NCBI RefSeq assembly: GCF_000143415.4
Contig: NW_003314318.1
Coordinates: 62,001 to 126,000, forward strand
Origin: Selaginella moellendorffii
Lineage: Eukaryota > Plantae > Lycopodiophyta
Length of the DNA: 64,000 nucleotides
Direction: 5' to 3'
Shown: one piece after another, positions 25,389 to 36,649 of the stretch
Position numbering within the stretch: the stretch's first letter is position 1
How the letters are laid out: each line of letters begins with the position of its first letter
The notes under the pieces: model-generated
What the model was told of the DNA's origin: nothing
The model's database searches: none
What the model saw: only the letters and a program-made list of their open reading frames with translations
Program-made: the position numbers and the translations under genes

Positions 25389-26952
25389 ATGGATCTTCTC
25401 TCCCTCCCAAGTTTGAGTGCCTTAGTGCTGCTTGCTGCAGCTCTCTGGTTCTCTTCTAGTAGAAGAAGAAATCCTCCAGGAAATCTCCCTCCAGGACCAC
25501 TCAATTTGCCAGTCATTGGCTGTCTCCACAAGCTCGGCTCGCTCCCTCACATTTCACTCCACAAACTCTCCAAGAGATATGGCGATGTGATGCACTTGAA
25601 GCTCGGCAGCGTGTCCACACTCATAATCAGCTCCGAGAGAGCTGCCAGAGAGATTTTCAAGCGCCATGGCCTCGAGTTTGCCTCCAGAGCTCCACTGATC
25701 TGCGGGAAATACTTTGGCAACGACTACAGTGGTCTAGTTTTCAGCCAATACACTCCGGAAGTGAAGCTCTACAGGAAGCTCATCAACACTCACTTGCTGT
25801 CGCCGACCAAGCTCAAAAGTTACGATGGAATCCGTCGCGAGGAGCAGCGCCGTCTCGCTCGATCTCTCAGTGACGAGCGAGGAAATCCGGTCCTCCTGCG
25901 GCAAAAGCTCCACAACATGAACATGAACGTGATAACTTACATGCTATTCGGGAAGCGCTTCTGTGGACACTACAAGAACACTGCGAATGTCGACGAGTTT
26001 GTGCAAACAGTCGTGGAGATGGTTAGGCTGGCCGGGATCTTCAATGTGAGCGATTACATCCCTGGAATTCGCTGGCTGGACGTCCAAGGCCTGGAGAAGA
26101 AATACAAGCAGCTGATGAACCGGGCAAACAGGCACCTCTTGGGGATCTTACGAGACCGGCGAGGGGATCCTCCGGTTTTTACCAGCGAGGAGCCCATGTC
26201 TTTCATCGACGTGCTCATCTCCATGGGAGAGAAGCTCTCGGACACCACCAAAATCACACTTTTGCTCGTAAGTCTCTCTTGGTCAAACTTGTTCTTTAAC
26301 GCTGGGATGAATCCCGCAGGATGTGTTGATGGGTGCTGTGGATACTTCGGCTCTCTCGCTAGAATGGGCCATGGCTGAGCTTTTCCGGCATCCAGCTGAA
26401 TTCTTGAAAGTTCAGAACCAGATTGATTCAATTGTGGGCAAAGAAAAACTTGTGGACGAGTCAGACATCGCAAAGCTTCCATACGTCGAGGCCATAGCCA
26501 AGGAAACAATGAGGCTCCGGTCAGTGGTTCCGCTAGCTCTTCCCAAGATCGTCCAAGGAGGCCCGATCGAGCTCGATGGCTACACCCTCCCGGACGGGAC
26601 TGTGATCTACATCAGCAGCTACTCGATTGGTCTTGACGAGAGGTTTTGGAAAGATCCTCTTGAGTTTCGGCCGCAGCGTTTCATCGACTTGCCAGACATC
26701 GATGTCTTTGGCCAAAATTTCAACTTACTTCCGTGTGGATCAGGGAGGAGAGTTTGTCCTGGTGCAAAGCTTGGATTTGATGCTGTCCAGATGGGCATTG
26801 CAGCGCTCGTTCAAGGATTTGACTGGAAGCTGGATGGAGATCTTGATGATCCGGCAAAGCTGAACATGGATCAAACATTTGGACTGGTTTGTCAAAAGAG
26901 TCAACCTCTTGTAGCTATCCCAATCCCCAAGCTGGATTCTCACGTTTACTAG
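25389..26952 (+). CDS. Cytochrome P450, CYP71 clan, copy 2, ORF intact; intron 26268-26319
   Basis: Near-identical to copy 1; heme motif reads PCGSGRRVCPG. Confidence 0.93.
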
Positions 26953-27238
26953 AAACATTGGTCCATACCAGCTTGTTTCTTCCATAAAGTTTGCTTCCTC
27001 TCCAGGAAAACTATCATAATTTCGGGTGTGACGCTCGAAGAACTATCATAATTCAACTATTTGGTTTTCTAGCCTTTCAATGATACAACTGATCAATATA
27101 ACAATGTATCAATTCATGTGGAAGAAGAGTAACCTGGACAATGGTTCCAAAACATCTATCCAAGATCAGTTGTGGAGGTAAGAGTTTATCCTAGTTTAGA
27201 TGGTGAAAGTGGAAATAGAAGGATATTACATGAAATGA

Positions 27239-27934
27239 TCACCTCCCAAATAGGCGACCAAAGAAACTAGTGGAAGAGTTTGATTCCAAGCACTCTACGT
27301 GAGCGTACCTCCCGAGCTTATCTTTGGAGCGTGGCTCTTTTGATGTGTCCTTGCCACAAACTTTGCATCGCTTGTCCACCCATCCAGTTTCAACGTACGC
27401 ACCCTTCACTGATTGATCACGCAATATCTTGGCATGAGGACGAAAAAGAAAAGACCCGAGGAGAAAAAAACACTCAAAAGAAGAAAGAGGTGTGTAAAAT
27501 ACCATCGATTGATTCTTTGAAGAAATCCTTGTAGGTGCCACCGATCTTCCGCCTCAGAGCTGCGTACTGCAAAAGTCAAAAAGGGAGAGATGAGAAATTC
27601 GTGGATGTTTTTTCTCAAAGATGTTTTTTCGTACTTGCTCTCGGGACATTTTCTCGCCCGACTTTGTAGCCTGACGAGCGTCGTCGATCAAATCAGCGTC
27701 CCTCTCCGACCTTGCCTGAGAGAAATCCAGCGCGTCGGTGATGCTAGTTAGAAGCGATGTCTTTTCCTGCTTCTGTTCACTCCCCTCGCCGGGAGGAGTT
27801 TCATCCTTTCTATCCTGTGCCAGAAGAAATATACTAACTTTTTTGTGGGGGCTGTGATTAACTTCCCACTGCTGCTGCTTGATCGATCTGCCAAGAAAAC
27901 TCCCCTTTGTTGCTGCAACCGAAGCTGCCGCCAT
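27239..27934 (-). CDS. Conserved plant protein of unknown function with transit-peptide-like N-terminus and C-terminal CxxC...HxxC motif; exons 27934-27635, 27566-27503, 27408-27239
   Basis: GT-AG splicing keeps frame: MAAASVAATKGSFLG...TDALDFSQARSERDADLIDDARQATKSGEKMSREQ|YAALRRKIGGTYKDFFKESID|VKGAYVETGWVDKRCKVCGKDT...GRYAHVECL...FFGRLFGR*. Recognised from memory as a conserved land-plant unknown protein. Confidence 0.85.
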
Positions 27935-28550
27935 TAGCAACAAGAAAAAACGAAAAAAGAAGATGACCAACTTTGAAAGAATCGGACTGGCTTGTAAAGC
28001 GGACACGCGTTCTCTTTCCCGCCTCCAGCATTTACATGGTCTTGGGATCTTGGATCAATGCGGGACCAAACAATGTTCTTCACATAAACTGTGTTTGTAA
28101 GTTTTCCTTATCTAGAACGGGCCATGGCCCCTGGAATTTTCCAAAAGCTTTTACAAGAATTTTTTTTACTATTAATGCACATTAACACTTTAAATAAAAG
28201 AAAAAAAAATACTCTATGTGAGTGCATGGAATATTTGGACCTCACATGTATAGAAATAATTTTTTAAAAGAAAAGTCAATGAGCTCTCAAGAAATAAAAT
28301 ACATATCTAGAAGTGAAAGAAATGATTGTACTTAACTTACTAAAAGAACATAATAATAAAAAAGATATAGATAAAATACATTAACATAACAAATAATCAC
28401 AACAAATGAAACATATATTAGAATATTCATGCATCCTGGGAATATCTATTCCACATAGATGTATATATTGAATCTAAAACGTGTAAGTTTTTTTTAAAGT
28501 TATCATCTTTTTATTTATAATAGACCTAAGACATTGATTGATAGTTTGCA

Positions 28551-28665
28551 CATACAGCCAAGAAAGGAGCCGTGATCAGGAGGAAGACAAGATGCAGCTT
28601 AAGTTTACACACACAGCCAGGAAGGGAGCGCTCAGGAAGAAGACATGATGTGACTTAATTTGCAT
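28551..28665. repeat. Two-copy ~60-bp tandem repeat (paralogue at ~44319-44416)
   Basis: CA(T/C)ACAGCCA(A/G)GAA(A/G)GGAGC...TCAGGA(G/A)GAAGACA.GATG...CTTAA occurs twice. Confidence 0.7.
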
Positions 28666-29564
28666 TTGCATCCAGTTTCATGCTTGACTACACAACTATT
28701 AAAACAATATATAGATAAATAGCATGATTTGGCGCATGCTAGAGTTGGGGCTTTGGAGATGCCCCAATATCGATCTCAATGTCCAACATTTTTTACTTCT
28801 TGAAAGCAAAATTGGCTTTGTGCTCAAAGTGGTGAAGTTTTATGGAACTGATAATTAAAATCAGCTTGCAATGATGGTGGGTTGGTTGGTAGAAAAAAAT
28901 TTGCCCATGAGGAACTTTATAAATTAGTTGGCAGATATGAAAGAATCAATAATCCCATATGATAAATAGATCCATGGTTTGCAGCAAGCTTGTTAGGTGC
29001 TAGAATCATACAAGTTGGTCAGGAGCACTGATGCTGGATTTGCATGACGATTATTGATTAACACCATTTAGAGTGTTAAAATTTTAAGAATGTAAGAAGA
29101 ATTTTTAGTTTAAGTTGTTCTGAGCTTAAGCAGTGGAAATGTTAGCTAAGCTCAGTACATATTTTTTCATTGTCCTGAGCTAAAGCTGGGCTATGTTGTT
29201 TTTTAGGGCTGTAAACGCAGGAATAATAAAACATTATTACTATTTTATAATTTACACCAACAATTTCCTTCTCATTCCATCTAGATAATTTATTTTTTCT
29301 GAGTTCCTGGCAGTGTCATGAGGACAAGGTATGGTAAATTTGGTCTATATGTTTCTTTTTTTGACAAAGATACTTTTACAATAACTTTTCTTTTTAAGTA
29401 AAATAGAATAGAGCAGAAAAGTACAGCAAACTTTTTCCTTTGAGATGATAGCTGGTTTTGAATTTTGATTTAGAAGACATTGTTCTTAAATTACTCACGG
29501 CACTTTTATCCTTGAGAACCAACATCCAGCTCCAAGTTATTATAGGAAGTTACAAGACAATCGT

Positions 29565-29927
29565 TTATGCCATATCACACCCATAGTCGGCATTCTTGAA
29601 ATTGCGCTGGAGCACACACTCCTCAAAGTCCCCAGCATCGTTTCTGAACCGGAGCCTCAGAGGCTCGATCCGCCAGTCGATGCTCAGCCTCCCGCCCTTG
29701 CAAACTTCCTTAAACTCCTGGAACTTCTTCGAGTTCCCGCAGTGCACGGGAGTGGTCTGGCCTCCCATGCAGCCGTGAACTCCCTCCACCGATATCCCAC
29801 ACACTGGAATCTGGCACGAGCTCCTCCCACACCCGCTCGATAGCTCCCCATCCTTGAGCAAAACGGTGCCTGCATCCGAGCAGCCAAGCAGCAACGCCAG
29901 GATCCACAAGCAGCTCATCACCTTCAT
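29565..29927 (-). CDS. Small secreted cysteine-rich protein, 120 aa, family not recognised
   Basis: Intronless GC-rich ORF in AT-rich flanks; signal peptide MKVMSCLWILALLLGCSDA; 8 Cys in the mature part; TATAAA ~60 bp upstream; intact paralogue. Confidence 0.8.
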   Translation of the reverse strand: MKVMSCLWILALLLGCSDAGTVLLKDGELSSGCGRSSCQIPVCGISVEGVHGCMGGQTTPVHCGNSKKFQEFKEVCKGGRLSIDWRIEPLRLRFRNDAGDFEECVLQRNFKNADYGCDMA

Positions 29928-29984
29928 CGTTTGATTGGATCTTAGAATGTTGTTTGTTATGATAAGCTGGAATGGAAGTGTTGG

Positions 29985-30305
29985 AATTTATAGGCAAAAG
30001 CGTCCTTACATTTCACAACGCGTGGTCCTTGACGTGACTGACCTCTCTGAACTACACGTTGGGATGCTAATAGACCAAAATGGTGTGCAGTCTTGCTTGA
30101 CTTCGCTATAACGGACGAGGCCTTTTTGCAACGTGGTGAGATGACGTTTTTGACCACATTAGAACGAGTATTAGCGACTGAAAGTTCTAATCGTTCCAAA
30201 TCCTTGTCTAAGTTCTCCGTGGCGAGGAATCGTGGCCTCCAAGAACTAGCATCATGGTGTTAACTTTCAAGCCTGTTGACCTTCATTGACTAAGACCATT
30301 GACTA
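29985..30305 (-). promoter_or_regulatory. TATA box plus W-box/TGACG/ACGT cluster upstream of the Cys-rich gene
   Basis: TATAAA at 29992-29987; TTGACY at 30097, 30150, 30276, 30286, 30299; TGACG at 30030 and 30142; several ACGT cores. Confidence 0.5.
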
Positions 30306-30720
30306 AAATTTATGATTACCGTATAAGCCCTAATATCCTTCTAGGGCATTGCAACTAAAATTCCTCTGGCGCGATGCTCGACTTCGCGATCCGCTATGCG
30401 TTGGCCATAGCGCTGGTCTTCTCCTGCATAGCTCTCGGTAATTCGCTAGATTTGGATCGATCCATTACCCCAATCTCTTTCAGGATGGTTCGTGGCGTGG
30501 AAGCTGCTGCTCGTTCACATTCCTCTTGTCCAAGAGATTTGCGGCTTGCGGAAGAAATCTAAGAAGCCCGTTCTCAGGGCCAGCGCTCCATTCCCGGACA
30601 GGTAACGCGAAATTTCGATCAATACCAGCTCGCTCCAATCCTTGAGATTCGCCAGGGTGAAATCGCAGTGATTCTTAGGGTTTATCAGAGCAGGGTTTCC
30701 AGGGAGCAGCAGCAGCGGCA

Positions 30721-32523
30721 ATGTTCTCGTCCACGGCGTCTTCGATCTCCAAAATGTCCGCTCTCGTCAGCGGCGTCGGCACGGATGCTGCGATCTACGA
30801 CGATCCCCAGGACGCGGACATTCCCACGCTGCTCGACAGTCGCTACGACGCGGACAAAGCCCAGGGATTGAAGCGCCTCATCGCGCTCATGGCACAGGGA
30901 CAGGACGTTTCCACATTCTTCCCACAGGTAAATTTCTCTTCTTCATAGATGATTAGCTTCTTCTATCGTCCCTTCCTTCACAAATTCCTTCTTTTTTTCA
31001 CAGGTTGTCAAGGGCGTTGCTTCACAGTCTCTGGAAGTGAAGAAGCTCGTTTACATCTACCTCGTCCACTACGCTGATAAGTAATGCTAGAACTTCTCCA
31101 GTTTCCAGGAAAAAAAATTCTCCAACGCGATACATCTTTCTTCTTCTTTGTAGACGACCAGACGAGGCGTTGCTTTCTATCAACAGTTTCCAAAGAGATC
31201 TATCCGATATCAATCCCCTGGTTCGTGCTTGGGCCTTGCGAGCGATGTCCGGGATCAAGGTCCGCGCAGTTGGCCCTCTCGTTATCATGGCTGCAAACAA
31301 GTGCGCCAGAGATCCTTCTCCTTACGTTCGGAGGTGTGCTGCGAATGCGGTTTCCAAGATTCATTCCATGGGTGACGAACAACATTTCGACGAGCTTGTA
31401 CAGGTACGGTTGTTTCCAGTTCGTTGTCTGTTGGATTAGTAACAGGATCTTTTTCAGCTTGTGTCCATCTTGCTGAACGACAATTATCCGGGCGTAGCTG
31501 GAGCCGCAGCGCAGGCTTTTATCTCTGTTTGCCCGGAGCGTTATTCCTTATTGAGCTCCAGCTTCAGGAAGCTGTGTGGACTACTTTACGAGGCTGATGA
31601 ATGGGGACGCAGTAAACTCGATTGGCCGGTGTGCGCTTCGACTGTCTTCCACAGTGGCTATATGCACCAAGGGTCTTCTCAAGCTAGTCGTTTCTCGGTC
31701 TTCCCGTGACGACGATTCGCTCCACAATGCAAATGATGCTGAACCAAAGGTTGGAGACTCTGGACGTATAGTCCGGGGAGGGGAAGAGTGGTGGTTCAAG
31801 CGGTTTCGTCGCTAAGAGCTATTATGCAGAAGCACCCAGCAGAGCAGGACCAGGTTTCTTTATGTTGTTGTGTAAGTGCTGGAGTACTGAACTTTAATCT
31901 TGTCTTGCAGGTAATCCTTCATCTTTTACGCAACTTAAACCACATTTTAGAGCCAACGGCACGTGAAGTTGTCATTTGGATGATTGGTGAACAAGCGATT
32001 GCTCGTCCTGCACTTGCTGAAGGAATCCCTGTGGCCCTGCGGTATCTAGCCAAAACGTTTGCAGACGAGTCTAATGGAACTAAGCTTCAAGTTTTGAACT
32101 GCCTTGCGAAGGTAAGCTTCTTTGCTGCTGATCTCTATCTTACAGAAAAAATGATCCAGATCATTTCATCTTCTCAACGGTGCTCGTCTTTGAAGACTGT
32201 CCTGTTAATTCTTCAGTATATTCTGGATCTTGCCGCCTGTGATTTAAACTATGACGTACGAGATCGAGCCTGGATTTTACGAGTTGTCTTGGCTGGCCAT
32301 TTAGACGCTATCAAGCACCATTCGTCATATGACGCAGATCCACGTCTTCCGGAGATTATCGATGCTATTTTACTCAACATTGATCAGTCAAAACTTGATC
32401 CAGGTGTAAAGCTGCCAACTCCATGTTTCTTCGCCAGAAGTCGGTACCAGTATTACCTTCGTTGAGTTTACAGCCGTCCACATTCCTACCAGAATCGATG
32501 TCTCATATGGTTCAACACATGTC
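30721..32523 (+). pseudogene. AP-3 complex subunit beta, 5' part with 652-bp internal deletion and 3' truncation
   Basis: LKRLIALMAQGQDVSTFFPQVVK, EVKKLVYIYLVHYA, LSINSFQRDLSDINPLVRAWALRAMSGI; deletion junction at ~31608 relative to 47449-48100; homology ends after SHMVQHM. Confidence 0.9.
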
Positions 32524-32807
32524 AGTGAACTGTGGGTGCTCTTGAGTTATCTAATTGTCCTCTTGAAGGCTGGTGCAGTGATTCCATCTCTTGTGAATTT
32601 TCTTAAGCACACCGATTATAGCACTGCCTTATTTCCTGCCAAACCTAAAAACTTTATTTAGATTGCCATGTGTGCAACCGGATTGACCCAGAGGATCCCG
32701 GGCCCAGAATCAGGGCCCAGGGTGCTCCCAGGACCCAGACAAATTCCAAGCCCAAAAAGGTGCATATAACATATAACGCCGCTCCTAGACACCACACTGC
32801 TATAACA
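32524..32807. repeat. Dispersed repeat fragment at the AP-3 beta truncation point (also ~49024-49319; related sequence ~17490-17648)
   Basis: Shared core ACCCA.AGGATCC..GCC.AGAATCAG...CCCAAAA...CATATAACAT...ACTGCTAT(T)AACA. Confidence 0.55.
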
Positions 32808-35800
32808 GTTTCCTTTAAACCCTTAGAATTTAAGTGAGTGACAAAATTTTTTGGCTCTTTAATCTAATAAATTATTAAACTCTTTAACCAAGAGTTACTT
32901 ATTAATAGTTATACTTGTTATTACTTCATAAATAATGTTATCCAAATTCACTCTATTATTAAAATTAAACTCTTATTTATTCATTTTATCCTTTATAGGA
33001 TTGAAAAATAAATTGAAACATTGAGGTAAGAAAAAATAATTACATAGTATTGAAATTTTTAAAATTATTATAAAGGTGATTAAATGTTACAATTGTATAA
33101 GAAAATGGTAAAAATGATGGAAAGTTTGAATATTATTATTTTATAAAAACCAACTTCATTTTAGCAAAAATTAAGTAATGTTAGCTATGTTGTCAAATGT
33201 CATATATTACTAACATTTTATATATTTTTTTGGGATCTTTTTTGACTCTTGAAGAACTAAGCAATGACATATCATTTAACTATTTACCTCCATTGAATGG
33301 AAGTGTTAAATTTTTAAATTCAAGTAATGAGGATAAAGTAAGTAAGTAATTGTAGCACACGTGGTTTTGACCCTTTATCCTATGGTGATTTATTATAGGA
33401 TAACCACGAAGCGGAACTTAAACCCTTTTTGTGCTACGTGATATATGCCGCATGTCACATACCACGTGTCACATACCACATGTCCATAGGACAGTGGTGT
33501 GGAACCCGAGGTTCAGAGCCTTGGGCCACTGAACAAAGGAACGATGTCAAACCCCTAAGCATGGAGCCAAGGAGTGTTGGAACCGGACCACGGAGCAACT
33601 CTCGAGCATACAGCCTAAGGAGCAAAGGGACAGGAGCCCGGAGCGACTTGGAACAATCCTAGAGCAACCAATATCCCAATGCCATGACCAGCACGCAAAA
33701 TGGAGCTAAACGGAGTCTGGTGCTATTTTGGCATACCGGTAACCTAATGTCAGGATATGGGTACTCTACCAGTTAGTATGGAATGGAACTTGGGCTTAGA
33801 CCCAAGCCGGACGCAGAACAAGGATAGGCACGCAAGCGGGAGCTAGACTATGCTTTAGGTTAGTCGGCCATGCACGACCTTCCCACTATCCCTACATTTA
33901 GGACCCCCCCTTTGAGGAACACACACTTTGAGCTTTCACCCCAAGCCTCCTTTAGTACCAAGAGTTAGTCTCTGGGACAAACTTGAAATTTACTAAATAT
34001 GGAATGGCGCTAAAATGCGAATTTGGACACTGAACGAACACTATTGTGTGCAAGCCAAACTCTACATTCCGTAGATATGCCAAATGAGCAAATCTAGACA
34101 CTTTCCATAAATAGCATTTGGGACCAGAATGAGATTAACACAAAGGGCATGATAGCGAGGGTGTTTGGCAGACACGGTAAGCTATCATTTAGTGAATATT
34201 GAGGGACCAAGTTTAATATTATGGGGGTTCCCAACACTAGCAAGTGCAAGTCAACGAATGAGTTTCTTTAACCAGGTCAAGTATGCTTGACTAAATAAAC
34301 ATTTAGGAATTCCTTCTTTATGCTCATTTGGTCAAGTGCACACGTGAGGATCAGTTTCTCAACTAGCTTAAGGGGAGACCAATAACAAGTCCAGCAATAC
34401 CGACCTCTTGCCATCGTGGCAGTAAGGAAAGAGTGTCTGAAAGGACTGGCCGACAGATAACTTTCGATACCCGAAGTTACATTCGCGACACTCTCCCCCC
34501 CTTAGGAAGATTGATGTCCTTGTCGATGCATACTCCAGTCTAGAATACCGCCAAGGAAACAACTCCAGAAAAAGTTCACGGTATTCACACTATGTGAGAA
34601 ATGCACCAACTTAAATGAGTTAGGTAACCTCTTTGTCTAACGCAAATGTGCTACCAACTCAGACACCTTCTGGCCGTCGTCGACAAGGAAATGACTAATG
34701 GAGTTAGCCACCTTTTTTGCGCTGGGTGTCACTCAGCTTACAAAAGTGTGATATGCCCCTACCCGCAAGAACATAGAGAGAGAAGCTAGAGGCCCCAACC
34801 CTCATGAGCAAAGAAACCAAACACTACTATAAATAGGTAGTTAGAGTTGTTTACACGGTCACGCCCTTTTAACGGAATAAAGAACATCGACAAAGAGGCA
34901 GGTTATATAACCAGTCAACAGTAGCTACCCCATGACTAAAGATTTCAACATGCACATGAAGTGCCGAAGCCAGTCTGCCTATACTGGCCCAAACTCAAAG
35001 ATCAATAGATAGACAATATCAAAGTCATAGACAATGATATCTTAGAGATTTAATTATCAATGAATATATCTTAGATTAGAACACAAAAGTATTCCAAGTA
35101 AGTTATTATCTGATAAACCAGTATTATAGGATAGGAACCACCAAGATCACTATTATTGGAAAAATATAGGATTCACCATCCATTAAAATTCAATAGCAAG
35201 TATATCATCAAGTAAACTCAATGATGAAACTTAACTACCAAAGATAATAGACAGTAAGCTAAACAACTTACTAAAGATAACTTAAAGAACACAAAGTATT
35301 ATTGACTGATAAGCATAATGCTCGCGAATGGATTACCCAAAGGAAATAACATCCCAATCTATCAGAACTAACTCAAGCAATGATCAACAGAACAGAATAA
35401 ATGTGGTAAGACCAACAAACATTTAGTTATGTTACCCATCGCACCAGCCAATTTGAATAGATCATGGTCAACAATACAAAGGAATTTAAGTTGCCTAAGC
35501 AAGTGTTAGCAACATCATGTTGATGTCTAAAACCCAAGAGACCAATCCAAAGCAAACCACAAAGAACATGTAGTATTGCAAAAAGCCATAAGCCATCAAA
35601 GAAAACAACTAACCATCAAAAAAGATCATTAATCATACCATCAATAGAGAGATGCATAATCATCATCGAAGAAAGAATCCACCATCTTGAACAACGGCAA
35701 ACCATTCTATATCAATAATAATCAAGCAAAACCTTTGACAAGGATAATCAACTATCCTAGATGATAGTTAATCATCACCAATGAGTGCTAAATGTAAATA

Positions 35801-36539
35801 CTAACTTCAACATCGAAGCTAGGAGCCAAAATGCCTTCCCCAACAACTTTTAACAAATGGAACAATGAGCACAAAAACTCAAAGAACCAAAAGCTCAAAG
35901 AAGCCTATAGTCAAGTCTTGCCTAACAATGATCACAAGTTTTGCATGAACTAACTTCAATGCTAAAGAAGAAATTATGGTACAACCTACAATATCCTTCT
36001 TAACATATCTAGAAGTCAAACTTCATAATATAAAGCTAATGAAGAGCATATTTGTATCAATCCAAAAGCCAAGCACAATGAAGTTATGCTCAACAAGTGA
36101 TCACTAAACAATCCTCCATGAATCCATCTATAACAAGACGTAATTTACTTCATAGCAAGTAAAAAAAGAATCACCAATGATCAATATATCCCAACTCAAA
36201 TCTAACAAGGATTCAAATATTTTAATATCGATCACTAACTCTTTCGCTTGTAGAGTTAGCGTCGTCCATGACTAAATCACTTTTTAAGGAAAAGCTCAAA
36301 GCTCAACCCCTACTAAACAATCTTGTCTAGAACACAACTAACTCAAACTTACTACTCAGTTCATTTGAATGTCAACATAGTTGCTAACTAGCAAATGCAT
36401 GAATGCCAATAACACAAAGCTTTAGCCAAATCATCAACACTATCTTCTTCAAGACTAATGAAACTCAATATCAATTCTAAGGAAAGACCCTATGTAAGAC
36501 TTGAATCTCAATATCAACAATGTCAACCACAAAGCATCA

Positions 36540-36649
36540 NNNNNNNNNNNNNNNNNNNNNNNNNNNNNNNNNNNNNNNNNNNNNNNNNNNNNNNNNNNNN
36601 NNNNNNNNNNNNNNNNNNNNNNNNNNNNNNNNNNNNNNNNNNNNNNNNN
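36540..36649. other. Assembly gap, 110 N
   Basis: Run of N; the paralogous interval 53061-53170 is also exactly 110 bp. Confidence 0.99.

Noticed and set aside
27554-28006. ORF-track proteins starting MSALQ../MVIFFFRFFLLL that look like secreted proteins (also 20529 and 43680)
   Set aside because: The hydrophobic stretch is T-rich 5' UTR read from non-ATG starts; the real gene starts at ATG 27934 and is spliced.
28551-28665. CRISPR-like repeat
   Set aside because: Two adjacent imperfect copies with no spacers, in eukaryotic DNA.
30374-30562. 62-aa ORF with signal-peptide-like start (MLDFAIRYALAIALVFSCIALG; paralogue 46211)
   Set aside because: Short, no recognisable family, and I could not build convincing further exons; may be a gene fragment but is unsupported.
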